Shown here piece after piece: positions 17,030 through 28,040 of a stretch of 64,000 nucleotides of DNA. How positions within the stretch are numbered: the first letter of the stretch is position 1; each line of letters opens with the position of its first letter. Source of the stretch: a virus; the IMG/VR virus record IMGVR_UViG_3300030331_005816, positions 1 through 64,000 of that record; one strand, written 5' to 3'. The notes under the pieces are model-generated. The model ran no database searches. It was not told the origin of the DNA and saw only the letters and a list, made by a program, of their open reading frames with translations. The position numbers were made by a program, and so were the translations under genes.

Positions 17030-18639
17030 GTAAGTTAGTTTATGTCAGCGATTTTTTTGTTGAGCACATCGCCGGCGGTGCTGAGATAAACGATTCTATA
17101 TTATTAGAGAATCTATCAAAAGATATAAAAGTAGTCAAGTTTTTATCTCGTGAATTTACTAGCAAACATGTAAATTTATATCTTAAAAGTGGCTTTAAGT
17201 TTTTAATATCAAATTTTGCTACTCTTGATGTTAGCACAATGCAAGAGTTAGTAAATAATCCCAAGTGTTATTCCATAATCGAACACGACCACAAGTATTT
17301 AAAACATAGAAATCCATCAATATATAAAGATATGCTTGCACCACCGCAAGATATTATAAACAGAATACTGTATGCTAATGCCGCCTGTGTATTCGCACAG
17401 TCTAATATACACAAACAAGTTATTCAAAGAAACTTAAAAATTTCTAATGTCATAAATCTTGGCATGAGTTTGTGGTCAGATGAGCAATTATCGATAATTG
17501 AAAAAAACTACAGCGATGTAAAAAAACCGGGCTGTTCTATAGTAAACAGTCAAAATCCAACTAAAAATACAGCAGGAACAATTCAGTTCTGTGAAACCAA
17601 TAATATTGAATATAATTTAATTGGTTCTCCCTCTTACGAGGAGTTTATAAAACAACTATCTGAATACGAAAGATATGTTTACATGCCAATTGTTCTTGAA
17701 ACCTTTAACAGAGTTATAATTGAAGCTAGAATGTTGGGATGCAAAATCTCATCTACTAATTTAAATGGATGCTTTTCTGAAGATTGGTTTTCAAAGTACA
17801 AGGGCAAAGAACTAATTGAATATGTGAGACAGCAGCGACAAAGAGTTGTTAATGAAGTTGCTAGCGGTATATTTGATGATTCAGATACCAAAGAAAAATC
17901 AGACATTACAGTTATTTTGAACGGGTATAGAAGGCCATATAATCTTAAAATGCAAGTTGATGCATTAAGAAGCCAAACAAACCCTCCAAAGCAAATTTGG
18001 CTGTGGATTAATGATCATGAAGACAATCATGGTTTTGATTTTGAATCTATTGGAGTAGATAGAATATTTCATAATGATTATAATTGGAAGTTCTATGGCC
18101 GCTTTGCAGCAGCACTTTTAGCAGACACCGAGTATATTGCAATCTATGATGATGATACTGTGCCCGGCAAAAGGTGGCATGAGAATTGCTTAAAAACAAT
18201 GAAGACTCATGAGGGTATTCTTGGTTCTGCCGGCATCATACTCAATGGTTCACGATATGTGCAACACGACAGGTGCGGCTGGCCAACACAAAATTCAACC
18301 ACAACTGAAGTTGATTTAGTTGGCCATGCTTGGTTTTTTAAACGAGAGTGGTTACGATATCTCTGGCAAGAAAAACCTGTCACTTGGGATAATGGAGAAG
18401 ATATCCAATTTGCTTTTATGGCAAAAATCCATGGGGGTATACCAACATATTGTCCGCCACATCCGCCCGAAGACATTGATTTGCATGGTTCTATACTTGG
18501 GAATGAATTAGGTATAGACAATAAAGCAACATCAACCAATTCTGCTGTTTCGCATCAACAATTTTTCTCCGAAAGAGATATGTGTGTGCAAACAGGACTA
18601 CAAAAAGGCTGGAAAACAGTCAATAATATAACATTATGA
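17026..18639 (+). CDS. Bifunctional glycosyltransferase (GT-B plus GT-A/GT2-like)
   Basis: GGAE and ETFNRVIIEARMLG, then ITVILNGYRR and AIYDDD, GEDI. Confidence 0.8.
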   Translation: MSKLVYVSDFFVEHIAGGAEINDSILLENLSKDIKVVKFLSREFTSKHVNLYLKSGFKFLISNFATLDVSTMQELVNNPKCYSIIEHDHKYLKHRNPSIYKDMLAPPQDIINRILYANAACVFAQSNIHKQVIQRNLKISNVINLGMSLWSDEQLSIIEKNYSDVKKPGCSIVNSQNPTKNTAGTIQFCETNNIEYNLIGSPSYEEFIKQLSEYERYVYMPIVLETFNRVIIEARMLGCKISSTNLNGCFSEDWFSKYKGKELIEYVRQQRQRVVNEVASGIFDDSDTKEKSDITVILNGYRRPYNLKMQVDALRSQTNPPKQIWLWINDHEDNHGFDFESIGVDRIFHNDYNWKFYGRFAAALLADTEYIAIYDDDTVPGKRWHENCLKTMKTHEGILGSAGIILNGSRYVQHDRCGWPTQNSTTTEVDLVGHAWFFKREWLRYLWQEKPVTWDNGEDIQFAFMAKIHGGIPTYCPPHPPEDIDLHGSILGNELGIDNKATSTNSAVSHQQFFSERDMCVQTGLQKGWKTVNNITL

Positions 18640-19622
18640 TACTGATTAGTTTTGGAACTCGACCTGAGTTTATTAAAATAAAGCCTCTTATCGAGGCATT
18701 TAAAGATAGGATACCTTTCAAGTTACTTTTTACTGGTCAACATGTTGATCTGTTATCCGATGTAGAGGGCGACATTCACAAGCTGACGATCGAAGATGGG
18801 TCAAATAGGCTTGATTCAATTGTCTCCTCAATGATGAACAACGATGCTATTTTTGAAGGTGTGGAAGCAGTGTTGGTTCAGGGTGATACAACATCAGTTT
18901 TTGCTGTTGCATTGGCCGCATTTCATAGAAGAATAAAAATTATACACCTTGAGGCTGGATTAAGAACATTCAACAAAGATCATCCATACCCTGAAGAGTT
19001 TAATCGTCGTGCGGTCTCTGTCATGGCTGATATCCATCTATCGCCAACAGAACTTTGCACTGAAAACCTTAATAAAGAAAGAGTCGATGGAAAGATTTTT
19101 ACAGTCGGCAATACTGTACTGGATAATTTGGTAGATATACAACCCGAATACACAAACAAAGTTGTCATTACAATGCACCGAAGAGAAAACCATCACATTA
19201 TACCAGAATGGTTTGCTGCATTTGATAGACTTGCACTTGAAAATCCACAGTATGAATTTATTATTCCTTTGCACCCTAATCCAAATGTTCAAAAGCACAA
19301 AGACTTGTTAAAGCATGTCAAAGTTGTTGATCCTATGCAATATGCAGAGTTTATTAAGTTACTATCACAAGCTCGTTTAGTTATTACAGATAGTGGTGGA
19401 CTGCAAGAAGAATCTTCGTTCTTTAAGAAAAAGTGTATAGTGTGTAGACAGGCTACAGAAAGAGTTGAAGGTATGGGAACATTTGCATTTATGTCATCAC
19501 CAGATAAAGTAGAGAGCGATTTTTATTCTATGATTGATGATTATATTCCCGATGATACATGTCCTTATGGAGATGGTCACAGTGCAGAAAGAATTACAAA
19601 CATTCTTTTAGAGGAATTATGA
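18636..19622 (+). CDS. wecB: UDP-N-acetylglucosamine 2-epimerase
   Basis: GTRPE, TGQH, VQGDT, HLEAGLRT, PEEFNR, HRRE, TDSGGLQEE, YGDG. Confidence 0.95.
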   Translation: MILISFGTRPEFIKIKPLIEAFKDRIPFKLLFTGQHVDLLSDVEGDIHKLTIEDGSNRLDSIVSSMMNNDAIFEGVEAVLVQGDTTSVFAVALAAFHRRIKIIHLEAGLRTFNKDHPYPEEFNRRAVSVMADIHLSPTELCTENLNKERVDGKIFTVGNTVLDNLVDIQPEYTNKVVITMHRRENHHIIPEWFAAFDRLALENPQYEFIIPLHPNPNVQKHKDLLKHVKVVDPMQYAEFIKLLSQARLVITDSGGLQEESSFFKKKCIVCRQATERVEGMGTFAFMSSPDKVESDFYSMIDDYIPDDTCPYGDGHSAERITNILLEEL

Positions 19623-20422
19623 AAGACTTTACCAATGCCTTTAATACTCTGCTGCACAAGCTAGAAAATAAAGAAAATTTTGCTTTTACTAGGTTTTCTG
19701 ATGGTGAGCTTTTTATCTTGCAAAATAAAACAGTCATACTAGCCGAGGACCATTATGTAACCGGTGATGTTAAGGGGCCTAATGTTTACACTAAAGAAGA
19801 ACAAAAAGAATTCTTACCTGAACAACATGGCTTTTTTCGTGACAAGCTGATGGAATGCTATCTTCACAATCAAGATAATTTTTACAAAGGCATATGCACA
19901 GGAACCGATCCTCATGTTGGAAATGAAAATTTTAAATGGATGATAGAGCAACACGGTGGCGATCACGAGAATTTAACATTTTCTAATCTTTTAATAAATG
20001 CAAATTATAAAAGATTCATTGAAGAAATGGTACCCATGTTGGTTGACAGAAATGTAATTTATGTTGCAAATGAGAATGCAAATATATCAAAACTACCGTT
20101 TGATGTAGAAAAGCATTTCATTGTTGGTTCAAATTGTATGATAAATGATTATAATTTAGCTGAAGAAATAAAAAAATATATTGACGATAACAACCTGAAA
20201 GATTATATTGTTCTATGTTCTGCTGCTAGTTTAAGCAATGTCGTGACTTACGAGTGTTTTAAGGATAATCCAAATAATACATTTCTTGATATTGGAAGCT
20301 GTTTAAATCCATTGCTAGATCTAGAAGGGTGGAAATATACCAGAGGTTATCTAACCAGCTATTGGCTTAATTCTGATAGCCCATTTGGCACACAGATAGA
20401 TGTATGGCAGAGTACAGATTAG
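19619..20422 (+). CDS. GT-D fold-like (DUF1792-type) glycosyltransferase
   Basis: FAFTRFSDGE and LDIGS motifs; start moved to ATG 19619. Confidence 0.6.
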   Translation: MKDFTNAFNTLLHKLENKENFAFTRFSDGELFILQNKTVILAEDHYVTGDVKGPNVYTKEEQKEFLPEQHGFFRDKLMECYLHNQDNFYKGICTGTDPHVGNENFKWMIEQHGGDHENLTFSNLLINANYKRFIEEMVPMLVDRNVIYVANENANISKLPFDVEKHFIVGSNCMINDYNLAEEIKKYIDDNNLKDYIVLCSAASLSNVVTYECFKDNPNNTFLDIGSCLNPLLDLEGWKYTRGYLTSYWLNSDSPFGTQIDVWQSTD

Positions 20423-20805
20423 TAAATAACAACCCTTCTTACTGGGAATTTATTCGTGAGCTAAGGACCATGGAAGGTGTTCGAGAAGGATTTATTTCAC
20501 AAACTGAAATTACTCCCATTGAGCAAGCTACTTATATGCTAAAATATAATTCTAACTATTGGATATGTTTGGATGACAAAACACCTGCAGGTTATGTTGG
20601 AGTAATAGACGATGATATTAGGGTAGCAACTCACCCAGACTATCAAGGCAAAGGTGTTGGAACATTTATGATTAATGAAATTATGAAACTAATACCAACA
20701 GCGATAGCAAGAGTTAAATTAGATAATGAAGCTAGTGTAAAACTATTTGAAAGATGTGGCTTTAAAAAGAAATACTATATTTTGGAAAGAGATAATGAGA
20801 CATAA
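20404..20805 (+). CDS. GNAT acetyltransferase
   Basis: HPDYQGKGVG and NEASVKLFERCGF. Confidence 0.9.
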   Translation: MAEYRLVNNNPSYWEFIRELRTMEGVREGFISQTEITPIEQATYMLKYNSNYWICLDDKTPAGYVGVIDDDIRVATHPDYQGKGVGTFMINEIMKLIPTAIARVKLDNEASVKLFERCGFKKKYYILERDNET

Positions 20806-21409
20806 CCCATATAAAATTGTAAAAATGTTTGAAGAGACCGTAGCTGACTATTGTGGCTCTAAGTATGCAGTATCGACTGACAATTGCACTGATGCTCTTC
20901 TTTTATGTTGTGAGTACTTGAGGGTGAAGGAAGTTGTAATCCCGGCTAAAACATACCTGTCGGTCCCGCAATCTATCATGCATGCGGGCGGAACTGTAAA
21001 GTTTAAAGACTACAGGTGGAAAGGTATATATCAACTTGAGCCATATCCAATTTATGATGCAGCTAAAAGATTTACAAGTGATATGTATATTCCTGACTCT
21101 TTTATGTGTTTATCGTTCCATATCAAAAAGCATTTGAAGATTGGAAAGGGCGGTATGATTCTTACCGACGATGCTGATGCTGCAGCATGGTTTAGAAAAG
21201 GTCGTTATGAAGGCCGCGGTGAAGTTATGTATCATGAAGATAACATACAGATTAACGGATGGAATGCATACATGACTCCTGAGCAAGCAGCCCGCGGCTT
21301 GATGTTAATGCAAAACTACCCAGATCATATGGAAGATTTGCCTGAAGAACCGTTCTACAGAGATTTGAGAGAATTTGACTTGTTTAAGGATGTAGAGGTT
21401 GTAGAATGA
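20795..21409 (+). CDS. Short DegT/DnrJ/EryC1/StrS sugar aminotransferase
   Basis: YAVSTDNCTDAL, YDAA, SFHIKK, GGMILT, GWNAYM; start moved to ATG 20795; only 204 aa. Confidence 0.85.
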   Translation: MRHNPYKIVKMFEETVADYCGSKYAVSTDNCTDALLLCCEYLRVKEVVIPAKTYLSVPQSIMHAGGTVKFKDYRWKGIYQLEPYPIYDAAKRFTSDMYIPDSFMCLSFHIKKHLKIGKGGMILTDDADAAAWFRKGRYEGRGEVMYHEDNIQINGWNAYMTPEQAARGLMLMQNYPDHMEDLPEEPFYRDLREFDLFKDVEVVE

Positions 21410-22236
21410 AGATTGCACTGTGCTTACATGGCTACTTTGCTAATGCAGAGGGGTATGAAGAATCTGTTGAGGCTCACAAATACTTAAAAAGAAAAGTACT
21501 TGATGGCAATGATGTAGATGTTTTTATACACAGTTGGGATCTTGAAAACGAAAAAAAAGTGTTATCGTTATATAATCCAAAAAAGTATAATTTTGAAAAG
21601 CAATTAGATTTTAAACAAGAATTAAAAAAAATTGATATTAACAATGATGAATATAAAAGCTCATATGGTAATACTGTATTTAGAACATTGAGTTTTTTAT
21701 ATTCAAGAATGATGGCCGTGAAAATCAAAAGTGATTATGAAGAAGAAAAAAAATTCAAATATGATTGTGTAATATTAGCAAGATTTGATATATCAAGAAG
21801 AGGATTAAAACATATACAAACACATTATGTTTCACGAATGAATTTTGATCCGAAATTAGATATGGATTTTGTTTATTCTGCATATTGGGATCAATTAAAT
21901 CATGGATATGCAGACCACTGGTTCTATTCATGTTCTGAAAACATTGACACTGTTGCAAATTTATATTATGATGTCTTTGAGTATTATCAATCAAATAGTG
22001 ATTATGTAAAATCGGTCACTGAAGGGTGGCCTGAAAGCAATGCTGAACATGAATTTTCCAATGAGTACATGAAACCTAAAAAATATAAAGCCAAAAAATT
22101 AATATTTTGGGAGAAGTCAAGTTGTATTGACAATCATAAATTATACAAATGGCATTTTATGAAAACTGGTTTACATCAAAAGTCTAAATTTGTTGATATT
22201 ACAACTGATACTGATAAGCCAAGGATTATGAATTAA
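21406..22236 (+). CDS. Putative glycosyltransferase
   Basis: MKIALCLHG, DVFIHSW, YDCVILARFD pattern typical of glycan-cluster proteins. Confidence 0.55.
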   Translation: MKIALCLHGYFANAEGYEESVEAHKYLKRKVLDGNDVDVFIHSWDLENEKKVLSLYNPKKYNFEKQLDFKQELKKIDINNDEYKSSYGNTVFRTLSFLYSRMMAVKIKSDYEEEKKFKYDCVILARFDISRRGLKHIQTHYVSRMNFDPKLDMDFVYSAYWDQLNHGYADHWFYSCSENIDTVANLYYDVFEYYQSNSDYVKSVTEGWPESNAEHEFSNEYMKPKKYKAKKLIFWEKSSCIDNHKLYKWHFMKTGLHQKSKFVDITTDTDKPRIMN

Positions 22237-22239
22237 TCT

Positions 22240-22965
22240 ATGAATAAAGAAACCGCCATTATTATGTACAGTCACAGCAGTTACTCTGATGTATGGGGTA
22301 TGTTTATGGGACAAATTGATAAGTATTTTTCTAATGATGTAAAAAAATATGTATTTGTTGATGATGATAAGGGTCTTATTGACAATAATTGGAACATAGT
22401 TTTATATGATGATTCTATGTCGTATGATGTTAGATTTAGTACATGTTTAGAAAGTGTAAAAGAGCAGTATTGTATCCTTCACCATGAAGATATGCCCTTA
22501 ATAACTAAACCAGATATTGAAGAATTGCAACGATGTCACGGAATATTAAAAAATGAACCAGAGTTAGATTATATAAAGCTGATTAAGGGTGGAGAAGTTA
22601 GAGATATACCATATAAAGAATACAAAAACTTATATGACATACCACACAATTCTAAATGCATATTTGCCGTGCAGCCGACCATATGGAAAACTAATAAATT
22701 AAAAATTGTTTACAATAACACAAAAACAAATCATATTAGAGAATTTGAACCCAAAAGCCAAACTACTTGTGTTGAAAATTCGATACATGGAGCTTATTAT
22801 TTCAATTCTGAAGTTGATTTGAAAAGAGGCAGTGATCATTATAATTCATCAATTTATCCATATGTTGCCACGGCCATAGTAAAGGGAAGATGGAATTTAG
22901 CTGAGTATTATGTTGAGATATCAAACTTGGCTAGAGAATATAAAGTTAATCTTGGAGATAGATAA
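22240..22965 (+). CDS. Putative GT-A-like glycosyltransferase
   Basis: SYSDVW, ILHHED, QPTIW, AIVKGRW; cluster context. Confidence 0.5.
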   Translation: MNKETAIIMYSHSSYSDVWGMFMGQIDKYFSNDVKKYVFVDDDKGLIDNNWNIVLYDDSMSYDVRFSTCLESVKEQYCILHHEDMPLITKPDIEELQRCHGILKNEPELDYIKLIKGGEVRDIPYKEYKNLYDIPHNSKCIFAVQPTIWKTNKLKIVYNNTKTNHIREFEPKSQTTCVENSIHGAYYFNSEVDLKRGSDHYNSSIYPYVATAIVKGRWNLAEYYVEISNLAREYKVNLGDR

Positions 22966-23489
22966 TGATTAAATTAGTGATATTAGATGTTGATGGTGTA
23001 ATGACAGATGGTCGCAAATACTATGATCACACTGGCATGCCCGTTGCAAAGACTTATTGTGACAAAGATTTCACTGCTATTAAAAGACTTCGCGGAGCAG
23101 GAGTGAAAGTTTGTATTCTGTCAGGAGATGATTTTGTCAACAAAGCTATGGCTCATAATAGAAATATAGATTTTTATTCTGCTAGAGGTAAAGATAAGGC
23201 TTCTTTTATTCCTCACTTTATTGACAATTATGATGTTGATGCGGAAGATATGGCATACATCGGCGATGACTTATTTGATAAAAGTGTGATGGAAGCTGTT
23301 GGTCATGCATTTTGCCCGGCAGATGCCTGTGCAGATATCGTTGAGTTATGCGGACCCTCAAACACATTGCCACAAAATGGTGGCTGCAATGTAGTTGCTG
23401 GCATGGTTAATACCATGCTGAAGAGAGGCTTGATACCAGATGCCACAATGAAACAAATTGAAGAGTTAGATAAAAACGAGAGGTTTTAG
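22965..23489 (+). CDS. KdsC-like HAD phosphatase
   Basis: LDVDGVMTDG, YIGDDLFD, PADA. Confidence 0.88.
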   Translation: MIKLVILDVDGVMTDGRKYYDHTGMPVAKTYCDKDFTAIKRLRGAGVKVCILSGDDFVNKAMAHNRNIDFYSARGKDKASFIPHFIDNYDVDAEDMAYIGDDLFDKSVMEAVGHAFCPADACADIVELCGPSNTLPQNGGCNVVAGMVNTMLKRGLIPDATMKQIEELDKNERF

Positions 23490-24370
23490 TGAGCTTTGAT
23501 TTAACAGTCTACGGTAATCTAATATTAGATAATACATTCTGTGTAGAACAATATGCTCATGAAGAATCAAATATTTGTACAGCACGGCACATGTCTCCGG
23601 GTGCTTCTGCAAATGTGGTGAGTGCAATTAGCAGGCTTGATTCTGCTTTGAGTGTTAATATCAGTTCAATAATTGGCGATGACACTGCCGGACGGTATAT
23701 AGAGAAATGGTTTTTAAATTTTAAAAAACTTAACTCAATTAACTTAAATTTAAATTTAGAAAAAAGCTATCAAAACACATCTGAGGCAGTGATTATTTCA
23801 GACCTGACTAATAAGTCCAGAAGCAGCATTGTAAATTGGGGTGCCTGTCAAACACTAAGAAACTTAAAAAACTTTAACTCTAAGTGGTCTCATATACTTT
23901 ATCTTGACAAGCTACCTAATTTAGATTTAAACAGTTTAAAAAAATTATCAGAAGAAAGTATAATATCTGTAGACTTGTGTTCCTCTAATCAAGATTTAGA
24001 AACAAGAGAGACGATGATTTCCATGTTGCCATATATTGATTATGTATTTGCTTCGTTTGAAGAGGGTTGTTGTTTAGCACAAGAAAATAATCCTTATGAT
24101 GCATCTCGCTTTATTGCTAAAAAAACAAGAGGCTGGTGTATTCTACACTCTCCAGATGGTAGTTACATATCAGAAGGCAGCCATCAAACAACAAAAAAAT
24201 ACAATGTCGCTGACAAAGTAACAGGGCCGGTCAATGTTTTAGGTGCTGGCGACAACCTTGCTACTGCTTTTATTGTTGACCAGATTAAAAGACAAAGCGA
24301 AGTAAGCGAGTCAATTAAGTTTGCACAAACACAAGCAACCGAATATATTAAAAATAACCAAAAGGAATAA
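23489..24370 (+). CDS. PfkB-family carbohydrate kinase
   Basis: GASANV, IGDDTAG, NVLGAGD. Confidence 0.85.
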   Translation: MSFDLTVYGNLILDNTFCVEQYAHEESNICTARHMSPGASANVVSAISRLDSALSVNISSIIGDDTAGRYIEKWFLNFKKLNSINLNLNLEKSYQNTSEAVIISDLTNKSRSSIVNWGACQTLRNLKNFNSKWSHILYLDKLPNLDLNSLKKLSEESIISVDLCSSNQDLETRETMISMLPYIDYVFASFEEGCCLAQENNPYDASRFIAKKTRGWCILHSPDGSYISEGSHQTTKKYNVADKVTGPVNVLGAGDNLATAFIVDQIKRQSEVSESIKFAQTQATEYIKNNQKE

Positions 24371-24371
24371 A

Positions 24372-25532
24372 ATGTCAAAAAAATATAATTTACTCTTGCC
24401 AATTGCTGGAAGAGCCCAAAGATTTTTAGATGCTGGCTATACAATGCCTAAGCCACTTATTATGTCTAAAGATAAACACATCATTGATTGGTCTATGAGT
24501 TCAATTAATACAGAAGAATGCAATATGATTTTTGCTGTGAGATTGGAACATATCAACAACTTTTCAATTGATGATATCTTAAGAGAAAAGTTTGGGGATG
24601 ACATTACTATAGTTGTTATTGACAGGGTGACAGATGGCTCTGTTTCTACTTGCTTGTTAGCTAAAGAACATATTAATAATGACATGCCACTTATAATCTA
24701 CACTCCAGATGTATATTTTGAAGATCAATTTAATCCCGCAGACATCCCTGAAGAATTGGATGGTTATCTGGTAACATTCAAGGCTAACAGTCCTGCTCAT
24801 AGTTACATTGAATTAAATGAAAATAACATGGCTGTTCGTACCGCTGAAAAAGATGTTATCAGCACAAATGCCGCCGTTGGTGTTTACTGCTATAAGAGTG
24901 GCCGCATGTTTGTTGATTATGCTGAAGAGATGATTGAAAAGAATATTAGAACTAAAGGTGAATTTTATATCTGTCCAATGTATAACTTAATGATTAGAGA
25001 TGGTGCACAGGTTGGCATTCACGAAGCTAAAAAGATGCATGTCTTAGGAACTCCCGCAGAGCTTGAGTTTTTCGTGGATCATGTAACAACTAGATTTGGT
25101 AATAAGCCGGTTGCCCTTTGTTGCGATCATTCTGGTTTTAGAATGAAAGAGATAGCAAAAGAAAGACTTACTAAGAATGGAGTTGAGTACATTGACTTTG
25201 GGACATATGTTGATAAAGATTGCGATTACAACGAATATGTTACTCAGGCTGTCCGAGCAGTGCATGAAAAAACTTGCGATTTTGTTATGGGATTTTGTAG
25301 AACAGGACAAGGTGTAAATATCCTTGCTAATCATTTAGATGGTATTCGTTCTGCATTGGTCATCGACGAATATACTGCTGAATATGCAATTAGGCATAAC
25401 TGTGTCAACTTTTTTGCTGTTCCTGAAAAATATGTATCTGAAGATTGTTTAGATAAGATGATTAAGATATGGAAGGAAACCACTTTTGATGGGGGCCGTC
25501 ACATGACAAGAATGAAGAAGACAATGGGCTAA
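24372..25532 (+). CDS. Sugar-phosphate nucleotidyltransferase fused to RpiB-type isomerase
   Basis: PIAGRAQRF...PKPLI, GEFYI, LGTP; then CDHSG, CRTGQG, RHN, FDGGRH; start moved to ATG 24372. Confidence 0.88.
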   Translation: MSKKYNLLLPIAGRAQRFLDAGYTMPKPLIMSKDKHIIDWSMSSINTEECNMIFAVRLEHINNFSIDDILREKFGDDITIVVIDRVTDGSVSTCLLAKEHINNDMPLIIYTPDVYFEDQFNPADIPEELDGYLVTFKANSPAHSYIELNENNMAVRTAEKDVISTNAAVGVYCYKSGRMFVDYAEEMIEKNIRTKGEFYICPMYNLMIRDGAQVGIHEAKKMHVLGTPAELEFFVDHVTTRFGNKPVALCCDHSGFRMKEIAKERLTKNGVEYIDFGTYVDKDCDYNEYVTQAVRAVHEKTCDFVMGFCRTGQGVNILANHLDGIRSALVIDEYTAEYAIRHNCVNFFAVPEKYVSEDCLDKMIKIWKETTFDGGRHMTRMKKTMG

Positions 25533-25533
25533 A

Positions 25534-26181
25534 ATGAAAGATATACAATTACATAAGCGATTATTAAAACTGTTATATGAGCACAACGAGGAACATGTTG
25601 GTAGTTGTTTTTCTTGCATTGATATCATAGATTCTATTTTTGCAACCAAAAGCGAAGATGACATTTTCATTTTATCAAATGGTCATGCAGCATATGCTCT
25701 ATATTCTGTTCTAGAAAAATACTACCCTCACATCGATGCTGATGCCCTTGTAGAAAAGCATGGCGGTCACCCTAACCGAGATGAGGAAAACCACATCTAC
25801 TGTTCAACTGGTAGCCTTGGTATGGGGATTATGATGGGTGTTGGTAGAGCCTTGGCTAAACCTCATAGAACAGTGCATGTTATGATTAGCGATGGCGAGT
25901 CCACTGAAGGTTCAGTTTGGGAAGCTCTTAGATACATTGAGGAAAAGAATGTAGACAACATTGAAGTTTATGTTAATGCTAACGGATATGCTTGTTATGA
26001 CGAAATGGATGTTGATTATTTAGAAAGAAGATGTAAGGCATTTTTACCAAGAATACATTTTCATCGCACTGAACAAGAAACATTTCCTTTCTCATTTTTA
26101 TGGGGCCTTGATGCACACTATATTAAGATTAATGATGAGCAATATCAAGAAGCCTTGGAGGTCTTAGAAAATGAGTGTTAG
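25534..26181 (+). CDS. Transketolase-like N-terminal (ThDP-binding) subunit
   Basis: HVGS, SNGH, GHP, STGSLGMG, SDGE...EG..WEA. Confidence 0.9.
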   Translation: MKDIQLHKRLLKLLYEHNEEHVGSCFSCIDIIDSIFATKSEDDIFILSNGHAAYALYSVLEKYYPHIDADALVEKHGGHPNRDEENHIYCSTGSLGMGIMMGVGRALAKPHRTVHVMISDGESTEGSVWEALRYIEEKNVDNIEVYVNANGYACYDEMDVDYLERRCKAFLPRIHFHRTEQETFPFSFLWGLDAHYIKINDEQYQEALEVLENEC

Positions 26182-26650
26182 AAAAGTATTCGTTGAATTA
26201 CTTCACAAAGAAATGAGAAAAAACGAGGATATTGTTTTTGTAATTGGTGATCTAGGCTATGGTCATTTTGATGCAATTCGAGAAGAATTTCCTGATCGTG
26301 TATTTAATCCCGGTGCTGCTGAACAACTAATGCTTGGTATGGCTTGTGGCTTAGCCATGGATGGTAAGATACCAGTATGCTATTCTATGACTCCCTTTGT
26401 GTTATACAGACCGTTTGAAATTATTAGAACTTATATCGATTACGAAAAGATTCCTGTTATCTTAGCTGGGGCTGGTAGAGATAAAGATTATGCTTCTGCT
26501 GGCTGGTCACACTGGGCAACAGACGATAAGAAGCACCTTAGTGGATTTTATAATATTGCGAAGCTATGGCCTGATGAAGACACTCTTAGGCTAGAATTTG
26601 ACAAAATTATAAATACTAAGACACCATACTATGTAAACCTGTCGAGATAA
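26171..26650 (+). CDS. Transketolase-like pyrimidine-binding subunit (short)
   Basis: GDLG, FNPGAAEQ, RPFEIIR, GWSH. Confidence 0.88.
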   Translation: MSVRKVFVELLHKEMRKNEDIVFVIGDLGYGHFDAIREEFPDRVFNPGAAEQLMLGMACGLAMDGKIPVCYSMTPFVLYRPFEIIRTYIDYEKIPVILAGAGRDKDYASAGWSHWATDDKKHLSGFYNIAKLWPDEDTLRLEFDKIINTKTPYYVNLSR

Positions 26651-26652
26651 TT

Positions 26653-27420
26653 ATGAGAGAGAATTTTACTGTTTTAGTTCAAGGACCGTTAGAGCAAAAT
26701 ACAATTAAAGCAATTGAATGCTATTCTATGGACTATAAAGTTGTTGTGTCAACATGGCAAGAAGAAACAGAACTACATGATCATGTTCAACATCTTTGCA
26801 AGTTAAACAATAATATTAAATTTGTAAATGAAAAAGCCCCTACAGTTATAGGTCCACCGGGCTTAGCTTGTGTGTTAAGAAATACAACTTTTCATTATGC
26901 AATTACTGGTTTGCAAAACGGTTTAAAATTTGTAGATACAGAATATGTTATTAGAGTTAGAACTGACGAGTTTTTTGATTCTCTTGACTATCTTGCAAAC
27001 CTTTCTTTACAAAACAGTGAAAAATTAGTGTTTGGTAACATATTTGCTCGTAAATGGTCTGATGTTAAATATCATATAGGGGATCACATTTATGCTAGTA
27101 AAACTCATATTCTCAAAAGTGCGATTGACAAACTTTACAAAATACAAATTAAAGAAACACCTTTTGAAAACTGGGCTGAACAAGGCCCATATGCCGCTGA
27201 AACAGTCTTAGCCCATGCATTCTTAGCAGCAAAAAATTCTAATCAAGCTTTTTGGCATGATCTCAATACTTTTAAAAACAACTTTTTAGTTTTTGATATT
27301 AATAACTTTAGTGATTATAGAGTTCGTCATGGCCATGCTAATATAACATGGATTAAAAATGATAGCCCATTTAACAATCAAAGATTCTTTGTAAAAGAAA
27401 TGTCGGATATGGTTACATAA
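26653..27420 (+). CDS. WavE-like glycan synthesis protein
   Basis: VLVQGP, VVSTW, GLKFVDTEYVIRVRTDE, HIGDH. Confidence 0.7.
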   Translation: MRENFTVLVQGPLEQNTIKAIECYSMDYKVVVSTWQEETELHDHVQHLCKLNNNIKFVNEKAPTVIGPPGLACVLRNTTFHYAITGLQNGLKFVDTEYVIRVRTDEFFDSLDYLANLSLQNSEKLVFGNIFARKWSDVKYHIGDHIYASKTHILKSAIDKLYKIQIKETPFENWAEQGPYAAETVLAHAFLAAKNSNQAFWHDLNTFKNNFLVFDINNFSDYRVRHGHANITWIKNDSPFNNQRFFVKEMSDMVT

Positions 27421-27421
27421 C

Positions 27422-28039
27422 ATGTATGTTAATGAAGATTTAAAAATAGCATTTATACATATTGCCAAAACTGCTGGTTCTGCCATACACATTGCATTGA
27501 AAGATGCATCTAATTGGCAAATGGGAGATATCAGACGAGCGGATCCTCCACCGCCCATACATCATATGACAGTAAATGAATTTATATCAATAAAAGAAGA
27601 ATACAAATCGTATTATAAATTTGCGGCTGTCCGAGAACCACTGGACAGACTTAGATCGGGCTATGTAGATTTTTTAAGAAGCGGTGATCGAATTGATTAT
27701 AAGATTTCATCTCCTCCAGTTTCTGAATATGAAAATTTCGAGAATTTTTGTGTTAACTTTCCAAACTCTGAGTGGGCCCGTGACCCTCACTTTAGACCTC
27801 AACACGAAATGATATGCGACAGTAAAGATAATATTTTAGTAGATGTGTGTCGATATGAAAGTCTAAATAATGATTTATTAAGAGTTGGTGAAATGTTGGG
27901 GTTTTCAACAAATCCATTTACAAATTTAGGTATGCATCGCCAAGGCCAAAAAGCATGGCTAGATTTATCTCTATCTGCTGAAACTGAAACAACTATACGA
28001 AACTTTTTTAAAAAAGATTATGAGATTTTAGGTTATTAA
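27422..28039 (+). CDS. Carbohydrate sulfotransferase
   Basis: FIHIAKTAGS (5'-PSB), VREPLDRLRSGY (3'-PB), HFRPQ, RYE, DYEILGY. Confidence 0.9.
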   Translation: MYVNEDLKIAFIHIAKTAGSAIHIALKDASNWQMGDIRRADPPPPIHHMTVNEFISIKEEYKSYYKFAAVREPLDRLRSGYVDFLRSGDRIDYKISSPPVSEYENFENFCVNFPNSEWARDPHFRPQHEMICDSKDNILVDVCRYESLNNDLLRVGEMLGFSTNPFTNLGMHRQGQKAWLDLSLSAETETTIRNFFKKDYEILGY

Positions 28040-28040
28040 T

